From IMG/VR virus record IMGVR_UViG_2671180770_000023: a stretch of 10,401 nt of DNA. One strand, given 5' to 3'. Source of the DNA: a virus. Taxonomy: Duplodnaviria > Heunggongvirae > Uroviricota > Caudoviricetes. The notes beneath the pieces were generated by a model that was given only the letters and a program-made list of their open reading frames with translations, ran no database searches and had not been told where the DNA came from. The position numbers and the translations under genes were made by a program. How positions within the stretch are numbered: position 1 is the stretch's first letter; every line of letters starts with the position of its first letter. Positions 4,856 through 10,401 of this stretch are shown piece after piece.

Positions 4856-6108
4856 ACCCCGGCCCGTTCGGTGAATATCATCGGGTTATTGTTGGTCGCC
4901 AGCACCACCGCCCTGATTACAGCCGTGAAACGCTTTTCGTATTTCGGGTTAATTTCCACGGGGTCACCGCCCGTGATTTTCTTGATGCCCGTTCCTTCGC
5001 CTGTATATTTCGGCTGGTCAGCCAGGACGATAAGACGACTCCCGACAACCTGCGCACGTCCACCAGCATCATCAAGCGATGTCATTTCAGCGCTTACCGT
5101 GTTCTGTTTCCCTGCCAGAAGGCTGGCTATGTGCGTGAATGTACTTTTACCGCTCCCGCCGTCTCCGGTGGCCTCAATAAACATCTGCCAGTCGTACCGG
5201 TTCGCCATAATCATGTACAGCGCGGCACATATACGCATCATCTTGCGCGGGTCTTTTCCGGCTGCGTGCTTAAGCCATTTATGAAAGTTTGGCGCGTTAT
5301 CGCGGATGTTCTCCCCTGGTGCTGGTGGCGTGTACTCAATGCCGTTGTGCGTGGTGATCCAGTTCTCCGGCGTGTGCGGGGAAAATTCCCCCGTTTTCAG
5401 GTCAAGCGCACCATTGGCGAACGGCAGCAAATCGCCGGACGGCTCGCCCATTGGTTCGGCAATAACTTTTAACGCTTCCACGGCGTTATTGATTACGCGC
5501 TTGCTGAAAGTGGCCCTGTGCTCTGAATAGATCGCCACCATTTCGCGGCTAAGTTCCATTGTGCTGACCGGACACCATACCCCGCCGCGCCATACGTGAA
5601 CGATTTCACTTTCCTGATGCACACAAACGCCATCAAAGCGCTCGGCAAGCAGCTGCGCGCGCTCACTGTCTGCCATTTGTGCCAGTTGCGTATTTTTCTG
5701 CTCCGGCATGGTAAGCCCTGCGGCAATATTTTCACGCTCAGCATTCAGATAGCGCCGCCAGTTTTCACACTTCTGGACGTGCATTCCTTCGTGGTAAAAA
5801 TTTGCGTCCTGAATATCTGCCGCCGCCAGCTTCTGACCAATCTTTTTGGTCTCCACCAAATCCAGTTCTCCGGCCTGGTACAGCCTTACGCGTTTTTTTC
5901 CATCCGGAACAATTTTCAGTGCATCAAGTTCGGCAAGCTGATTTGGCCCAAGCCACACAGGCGGCACATTATCGCCGGATGCGGGGCCGTCCTGCTCCTG
6001 CCACTGTTTTGCATGTGCCCACGCATCACTACCCGCGAAAATAATTACCTCTGTGTCTTTGTGTTTTATTCCGCGTGGTTGTTTTTTTACGTTCGGTGCC
6101 AGTTTCAT
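4837..6108 (-). CDS. P4-family (D5-like) primase/helicase, N-terminal domain plus P-loop NTPase segment (423 aa)
   Basis: Walker A GDGGSGKST, Walker B-like RLIVLAD and KKITGGDPVEINPKYEKRF motif typical of the phage/plasmid primase P4-family C-terminal domain. AGGGG SD 6 nt upstream. ATG overlaps the upstream stop as ATGA. Confidence 0.8.
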   Translation of the reverse strand: MKLAPNVKKQPRGIKHKDTEVIIFAGSDAWAHAKQWQEQDGPASGDNVPPVWLGPNQLAELDALKIVPDGKKRVRLYQAGELDLVETKKIGQKLAAADIQDANFYHEGMHVQKCENWRRYLNAERENIAAGLTMPEQKNTQLAQMADSERAQLLAERFDGVCVHQESEIVHVWRGGVWCPVSTMELSREMVAIYSEHRATFSKRVINNAVEALKVIAEPMGEPSGDLLPFANGALDLKTGEFSPHTPENWITTHNGIEYTPPAPGENIRDNAPNFHKWLKHAAGKDPRKMMRICAALYMIMANRYDWQMFIEATGDGGSGKSTFTHIASLLAGKQNTVSAEMTSLDDAGGRAQVVGSRLIVLADQPKYTGEGTGIKKITGGDPVEINPKYEKRFTAVIRAVVLATNNNPMIFTERAGVWHVVA

Positions 6109-6404
6109 TTTTTACCCCTGAATACGTTAAGCATCTTTTTTATTTCCTGAATATTGGCGCGTGCTTTCTCCCTGCTGGTTGGTTTACTGCGGGGCGCTGC
6201 CTGTACCAGAGAAAAATCACGCCGAAACTGATAAACAGGCATCACGCAATCATATTCGTAGCCTTCACGACGGTAGGTGATGCGCCGTTCCTCCACGCCC
6301 TTAATCATTACCGTGCCGCCGTACTGGTCGCGGTAAATATCACCGCGCATGAATTTAGTGCGAGTTTTGCCACTGGCAGTTAAGCCAGAATATTTAAGTT
6401 TCAT
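6105..6404 (-). CDS. Hypothetical protein (99 aa), translationally coupled to the primase
   Basis: ORF with GGAG about 10 nt upstream of ATG at 6404. Stop overlaps the primase ATG. No family recognised. Confidence 0.55.
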   Translation of the reverse strand: MKLKYSGLTASGKTRTKFMRGDIYRDQYGGTVMIKGVEERRITYRREGYEYDCVMPVYQFRRDFSLVQAAPRSKPTSREKARANIQEIKKMLNVFRGKK

Positions 6405-6409
6405 TATTT

Positions 6410-6637
6410 TTATTCTCCGGTGTGGGGCGCTTTATTATTCTCGTGAATTGCCATAGCCTTATTGAGTTCATCAATAACAGGTGTCAATAATGTCTGAACA
6501 GCGGCAAACATTAATGATGAATGATCTTCGCCACCTTCCGGCACTTCAATTAATTTAATTAACAACGCATTCATTTCGCGTGCTTTAATTAATGCGTTTT
6601 CAGAGTGGATTAATACTTCAAAATGGATTTTATGCAT
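6410..6637 (-). CDS. Hypothetical small protein (75 aa) in AT-rich patch
   Basis: ATG at 6637 (the track's first M is a GTG at 6640). GGGAG upstream. Overlaps the preceding gene by 8 nt. Confidence 0.45.
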   Translation of the reverse strand: MHKIHFEVLIHSENALIKAREMNALLIKLIEVPEGGEDHSSLMFAAVQTLLTPVIDELNKAMAIHENNKAPHTGE

Positions 6638-6860
6638 CACAAATTTTCTCCCTTATTCTTTTAATGTCCTCATTAAGGATGTCTGTAACTTTTATCAGCG
6701 AGTTTTTGGCAATTATTTTTATTGTTTTAAGTTTTCTTTTGTCGTGCTCCGACTGTGATTTTCTCTCCATAATCTCCACCATGTGGGTAACATCAACGAG
6801 CGCACGTATCAGTATTTGCATTGCTTCTTCTGCTGCGTCCGGTGTGGTTTTATTGCACAT
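6630..6860 (-). CDS. Hypothetical small protein (76 aa) in AT-rich patch
   Basis: Internal ATG at 6860 chosen over the ORF-track start at 6914 because GGAGGGG lies 5 nt upstream and it avoids a 65-nt out-of-frame overlap. Confidence 0.5.
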   Translation of the reverse strand: MCNKTTPDAAEEAMQILIRALVDVTHMVEIMERKSQSEHDKRKLKTIKIIAKNSLIKVTDILNEDIKRIREKICDA

Positions 6861-7080
6861 GTACCCCTCCGCATTTTTTTTCGTTAGAAATAAGCGTTCT
6901 TCTTTCCTGTTCATCGATCAGGAATACGCAGACCTCACCGCTAAGGCGTTTAAGTAAGCCGATGATTGCCCCTGATTCGCTGTCGGTCATCATGCCAGGG
7001 TAATCCTCTGCCAGTGCGCAAATAACTTCGATTTGGTGGGCGCGTTCTGCTGCCTGTTGTAGTGTGATTTCCTGGCTCAT
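6850..7080 (-). CDS. Hypothetical small protein (76 aa)
   Basis: ATG at 7080 overlaps the stop of the Icd-like gene as ATGA. The longer ORF-track version (start 7200) would overlap the Icd-like gene out of frame. Confidence 0.5.
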   Translation of the reverse strand: MSQEITLQQAAERAHQIEVICALAEDYPGMMTDSESGAIIGLLKRLSGEVCVFLIDEQERRTLISNEKKCGGVHVQ

Positions 7081-7244
7081 AAGCCTACCCCCTGACGAAT
7101 ACGGGCGACAAAAATCAGATGTGCGTGCGGCAGCTGGGCGCGGGCTTCGCGTTCTGTTGCTGCCGTGACGGTAAAGAGTGATGTTTGTTTTTCCTGGCAC
7201 TGCATAAAGCGCCAGACAAAGTAAGGGCGTGCGGATACAGCCAT
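7077..7244 (-). CDS. Icd-like / Ash-family-like small protein, copy 1 (55 aa)
   Basis: Motif VWRF...TEREAR...FVARIRQG. TAGGAGCC SD 8 nt upstream of ATG at 7244. Family call is from recalled motif, not a search. The frame stays open upstream to 7580 (see findings). Confidence 0.5.
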   Translation of the reverse strand: MAVSARPYFVWRFMQCQEKQTSLFTVTAATEREARAQLPHAHLIFVARIRQGVGL

Positions 7245-7530
7245 GTGAAAGGCTCCTACAGTAATTTTAAGGAGTCTCGCTACTACGCTGCTAAACGGGG
7301 TGGCGAGACGTAACAGGGTTAGCAGACTGGCACTGTAGGAACCAGCGAGCGCAAAGGCTCCCCCGTTACGCCCCGCCATAATGCGGGTATGGGTAGGCTT
7401 ACGGACACAAAAAAACCGCATATCGGAATATAAGCGGCTGTCCGCTACAGTATTCAGGCTGCTAAACCCGGTCGCCATGTGGGCGACGGGGGAAGCATAC
7501 AGCCCCGTTATAATTTTTTGCAAGCGGTTT

Positions 7531-7728
7531 TTACGCATGATGTGACCCCTGACGAATACGGGCGGCGAATACAGCAACACAACCGGACGGGCAACGGCTA
7601 CGCGCTTCGCGTTCCGTCCAGGCGGTTACGTGGATGATTTGAGATTCTCCGGCACTCAGTGCCAGAAAACGCCACACAAAGGCCGTTTGTGTGTGTACAA
7701 GGTGTGGTATATGATTTACAGCAACCAT
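7531..7728 (-). CDS. Icd-like / Ash-family-like small protein, copy 2 (65 aa)
   Basis: Motif VWRF...TEREAR...FAARIRQG, paralogous to copy 1. CTAGGAGCC SD 5 nt upstream of ATG at 7728. Confidence 0.5.
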   Translation of the reverse strand: MVAVNHIPHLVHTQTAFVWRFLALSAGESQIIHVTAWTEREARSRCPSGCVAVFAARIRQGSHHA

Positions 7729-7897
7729 AACGGCTCCTAGTTTACGTTGTTGGTTAGAAGCCCTGCGAGTGGTAACGACACTTGCGGGGCTTTGTCTTTT
7801 CATCGATTACCTTGATAAAGGTGTCAGCCACGTCAATAGTGTTTTTCCGTTTTCTTGTGTGTATACTGTCAGCCACCTAATAACGAGGAAATCAGAT
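7729..7897. promoter_or_regulatory. Divergent intergenic control region between the leftward early operon and the rightward small-gene pair
   Basis: Plus-strand -10-like TATACT (7862-7867) upstream of the RBS GAGGA (7884-7888). Direct 10-bp repeats TGTCAGCCAC at 7822-7831 and 7867-7876. I could not find a convincing -35/-10 pair for the leftward operon. Confidence 0.45.
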
Positions 7898-8077
7898 ATG
7901 GCAACAAAAGCAGTTAATGCAAAATCCAAAAAGCTTGAGGCTCGAGTACCTCACGCAATAGCTGATGCTGTAGAAAATTTAAAGGAAGATGGCGAAAGTA
8001 CAGGGCAATTTATCGTTTCGGCACTTGAAGGCGAGATCAAACGCCGCCAGCGCCGCAAGGCCAAAGAATCAGAATAA
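7898..8077 (+). CDS. Small DNA-binding protein, probable ribbon-helix-helix (Arc/CopG-like) regulator (59 aa)
   Basis: Internal ATG with GAGGA SD 9 nt upstream, preferred over the SD-less start at 7769. KLEARVPHAIADAVENLKEDGESTGQFIVSALE fits a strand-helix-helix pattern. Basic C-terminal tail. Confidence 0.55.
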   Translation: MATKAVNAKSKKLEARVPHAIADAVENLKEDGESTGQFIVSALEGEIKRRQRRKAKESE

Positions 8078-8134
8078 TCACTATCAGCGCCGTGGTGTGA
8101 GGTATTACGGCGCATTGCTATGCAGGACAACACA

Positions 8135-8308
8135 ATGACTGATAAAGAATTGACCAAAACATTATCACCGGCACGGAAAAGACGGCGCAGAAAGATAGAG
8201 CATGAATCAGAAAGATTCGCGCCATGTGCTTTTGCCCTTGAGCAATTCCTTAAAGAGTATAGGGAAAAGCGCTCATTGCAGGTATGGCAACGAACTGAAC
8301 CAGACTGA
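8135..8308 (+). CDS. Hypothetical small basic protein (57 aa)
   Basis: Second ATG chosen because AGGA lies 7 nt upstream. Contains an RKRRRRK stretch. Followed by a terminator at 8404-8430. Confidence 0.45.
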   Translation: MTDKELTKTLSPARKRRRRKIEHESERFAPCAFALEQFLKEYREKRSLQVWQRTEPD

Positions 8309-8403
8309 TTGCATTGCCCACCAGCCTGATAGCGGCTATCATCCCCGTGCTTATGTTTGGGATCACATACACATAAGGCGCAGCGGGTTAATTGTTCAGA
8401 AAG

Positions 8404-8430
8404 GCGGCTCCATATCGGGGCCGCTTTTTT
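8404..8430 (+). terminator. Rho-independent terminator closing the plus-strand gene pair
   Basis: GCGGCTCC (8404-8411) pairs with GGGGCCGC (8417-8424), one G-U pair, 5-nt loop, then T6 (8425-8430). Confidence 0.65.
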
Positions 8431-8456
8431 CGTGTTTGTCATATCTGTGATACCCG

Positions 8457-8663
8457 TTAAGCAGCCGTTCCGCGTGCTTCCTGTTCGCGTTCTTTCTGCC
8501 AGGCCAACACATCATCCTCATACCATCCGCGACGGCGTAAACCAACGCGAAAACCCTGCGGAAATTCTCCGGCGTTGATCATGCTTTGCAGCGTGCTGTC
8601 TGCCTTGCTGTGGATAATTTTTTTTACTTCCTGGCGAAAGATAATTTTTCTGATTGCTTCCAT
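8457..8663 (-). CDS. alpA: AlpA-family phage regulatory protein (68 aa)
   Basis: STLQSMINAGEFPQGFRVGLRRRGWYEDDVLAWQKER matches the AlpA / prophage CP4-57 regulator pattern (recalled AlpA: ATIYDWLNPKSPRYDATFPKKRMLGVKSVGWIEAEIDEWLSQR). AAGG 8 nt upstream of ATG at 8663. Confidence 0.8.
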   Translation of the reverse strand: MEAIRKIIFRQEVKKIIHSKADSTLQSMINAGEFPQGFRVGLRRRGWYEDDVLAWQKEREQEARGTAA

Positions 8664-8796
8664 CGTGATTTACCTTGTGAATCCGGTGTATTCCGGTGAC
8701 AAATACGGTAAATCATCGGATATGGGTAAAAACAGTTCCCACCGTTTTTAAACGGTATACACCGTTTTTTATATTGATGATTTGAAATGGAATTAT

Positions 8797-8819
8797 AAAA
8801 AAAGCGGCATTTCTGCCGC
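8797..8819 (-). terminator. Rho-independent terminator after the int-proximal 83-aa ORF
   Basis: On the minus strand: GCGGCA-gaaa-TGCCGC hairpin (8819-8804) followed by T7 (8803-8797), 12 nt past the ORF stop. Confidence 0.6.
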
Positions 8820-8830
8820 TTCCAGGATTG

Positions 8831-9082
8831 TTACCGCCATTTTTTGGGCCTGCCTCCGATCTTCATAGATGCCGGACGTACGACCTTATCAATACTTACC
8901 GCCAGATTTCTGGAAGCGCCACGGGATACCAGAAAATCTACTACCTGTTTTTTTGATGGGGCCGTCGTCCTGTCCTCCGGATCGTAGGTTGACCAAAATT
9001 CATGCTGAACCATCAGGGCCAGTTGCAGCCCGTCGCAATTGCATCTGATATTTTTTTGCATCTTAACGGTTTCATGTTTCAC
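8831..9082 (-). CDS. Hypothetical protein (83 aa from GTG at 9082; 76 aa if ATG at 9061)
   Basis: ORF between int and alpA on the same strand. Basic C-terminus ...GGRPKKWR. The position would suit an excisionase or regulator, but no family was recognised. Confidence 0.45.
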   Translation of the reverse strand: MKHETVKMQKNIRCNCDGLQLALMVQHEFWSTYDPEDRTTAPSKKQVVDFLVSRGASRNLAVSIDKVVRPASMKIGGRPKKWR

Positions 9083-9159
9083 GGCCTTGTCGTTAAATTT
9101 GATGCAATTATACGACGGTTTTACATGGTTTTCGTAGTTTTTACTGGTTTTCTGTACAG

Positions 9160-10401
9160 CTACACGGCTCGGATACCCCTTTTACCACTGGCGAGGGTTA
9201 CGCCCGTCGCCGCAGCCTCGACAAATTCGCCCCACCAGCGCATCAGCACGATGCGTTTTTCTATGTAGTTGCTCCGGTTGTATGCCCGTCTAACTTCGTT
9301 GGTGTCGACGTGGGCAAGTGCCGCCTCTATTACGTCCGGCTCGAATCCTTCCTCGTTCGCTGCTGTGCTGAATATGGCGCGTAATCCATGAGACACCAGC
9401 ACGCCAGCGAATCCCATACGCCGCAATGCTGCGTTAGCTGTCTGGCTGTTCATCGGCTGCTGTGGGTCTTTCAGACTTGGGAAAACGTAATTGCGGTGGT
9501 GGCTGATTGGTTTCATGGCCTCCAGCACCGCCATAGCCTGACCGGAAAGCGGGATAACGTGATCCCTGCGCATCTTCATGCGTCCGGCAGGTATCGTCCA
9601 TTGCTTCGCGTCCAGGTTGATTTCATCCCACCGCGTTGATGACGCTTCGGCGGGACGGGTTACGGTCAGTAACTGCCATTCAATCAGTAATCTGGTCTGC
9701 CGTTCTGTTGCCGATACTGATAAAGCCTGCATAAGCTCCGGCAGCTGTTCGGGGCGGATTGTTGGCATATGTTTTTTTACAGGTGAGGGAAACGCCTTAC
9801 GCACATTCATAGCCGGATTGGCATCAATCAGCCCACTGTTGGCGGCGTAATCCATTACCTCATTAACGCGCTGTAAAACCCGCTTGAGTGTTTCCAGGTT
9901 GCCGCGCTCCTTGATGGGGGTAAGCACTTCAACGAACCTTCGGGCGGTGAGGGTATCTATTGGCGTGTTGCCGATGAACGGGAATACATATTTATCCAGC
10001 GAACGCCAGATGTCTTTAATCGTGTTGGGGGCCAGATTCTGGCTGATTTTCACCTGGTACCATGCCGCCGCCACATTTTCGAACGTGTTCCCTTGTCTTC
10101 GGGCCTCTGTCTCTCTTTTTTGCCTCTCGTGGTCCTGCGGGTCAGTTCCGGCACTGATTAACGTCCTGTACTCGCTACGGCGTTTTCTGGCATCAGCCAG
10201 GGAAACATCTTCAAGCGATCCAAAACTCAGCAATATTCTTTTTTTGTCCGATGGTCGGTAGTAGGAAAATCTCCAGAGTTTTGATCCAGACGGTTTGACC
10301 AGGAGAAAAAGCCCTCCGCCGTCCTGCAGGGTGTACTCCTTTTGCGCTGGTCTGGCTGCTTTGATCTGCACTGTGGTTAATGGGTGTGTTTTTCTCGCCA
10401 T
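9160..10401 (-). CDS. int: Tyrosine recombinase, P4-type integrase (413 aa)
   Basis: N-terminal arm-binding-like region (GGGLFLLVKPSGSKLWRFSYY...) typical of P4-like integrases. Catalytic H-x-x-R (HGLRAIF) and C-terminal Tyr region (RAYNRSNYIEKR). ATG is the last three bases of the window. Confidence 0.9.
   Translation of the reverse strand: MARKTHPLTTVQIKAARPAQKEYTLQDGGGLFLLVKPSGSKLWRFSYYRPSDKKRILLSFGSLEDVSLADARKRRSEYRTLISAGTDPQDHERQKRETEARRQGNTFENVAAAWYQVKISQNLAPNTIKDIWRSLDKYVFPFIGNTPIDTLTARRFVEVLTPIKERGNLETLKRVLQRVNEVMDYAANSGLIDANPAMNVRKAFPSPVKKHMPTIRPEQLPELMQALSVSATERQTRLLIEWQLLTVTRPAEASSTRWDEINLDAKQWTIPAGRMKMRRDHVIPLSGQAMAVLEAMKPISHHRNYVFPSLKDPQQPMNSQTANAALRRMGFAGVLVSHGLRAIFSTAANEEGFEPDVIEAALAHVDTNEVRRAYNRSNYIEKRIVLMRWWGEFVEAAATGVTLASGKRGIRAV

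Larger units (their letters stand above)
1..10401. mobile_element. Phage satellite / phage-inducible chromosomal island-like element (partial; both boundaries outside the window)
   Basis: Integrase, AlpA, P4-family primase, iteron origin, SSB, capsid genes, terS-like gene and cos sites, nearly all on the minus strand. No portal, large terminase, tail or lysis genes in the window. Confidence 0.7.

Noticed and set aside
4849-6150. Long plus-strand ORFs (207, 137, 184 and 80 aa) lying within the primase region
   Set aside because: They lie antisense to a well-supported primase ORF with clear NTPase motifs, lack SDs and have low-complexity translations, so they are shadow ORFs.
6874-6881. T8 (A8 on the coding strand) homopolymer at a gene junction
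   Set aside because: It is short, sits in an AT-rich region and encodes a Glu-Lys-Lys stretch. There is nothing to suggest it is more than a possible slippage site.
7769-8077. Longer 102-aa version of the RHH-like ORF
   Set aside because: The upstream start has no SD and would run through the promoter region. The internal ATG at 7898 has a GAGGA SD.
8202-8578. Plus-strand ORFs of 82 and 73 aa
   Set aside because: They run through the 8404-8430 terminator and overlap alpA antisense, with no SD.
8664-8830. Search for a tRNA or att site near the integrase
   Set aside because: No cloverleaf-compatible sequence or duplicated att-like segment was seen by eye between alpA and int or elsewhere; the int-proximal boundary is outside the window.
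9002-9268. Plus-strand 88-aa ORF
   Set aside because: It is antisense to the 83-aa ORF and the int 3' end, with no start signals.

Overview
The window is almost entirely one strand-biased mobile island, read right-to-left on the minus strand, that looks like a phage satellite or phage-inducible chromosomal island; its boundaries lie outside the window. From the right edge it carries a P4-type tyrosine integrase, an AlpA-family regulator, a divergent regulatory region with two small plus-strand genes, two tandem Icd-like small genes, three small ORFs in an AT-rich patch, and a P4-family primase/helicase that is split by a frameshift. Downstream of the primase lie an iteron cluster (putative origin), an SSB gene, a lambda gpE-like major capsid gene, a gpD-like decoration gene and a lambda Nu1-type small terminase gene. 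The most striking feature is that the terS-like gene is bracketed by two inward-facing lambda-type cos sites that share a 31-bp perfect inverted repeat containing the cosN 12-mer GGGCGGCGACCT. No tRNA, rRNA, CRISPR array or attachment site was seen. All homology calls rest on recalled family sequences and motifs, not database searches.
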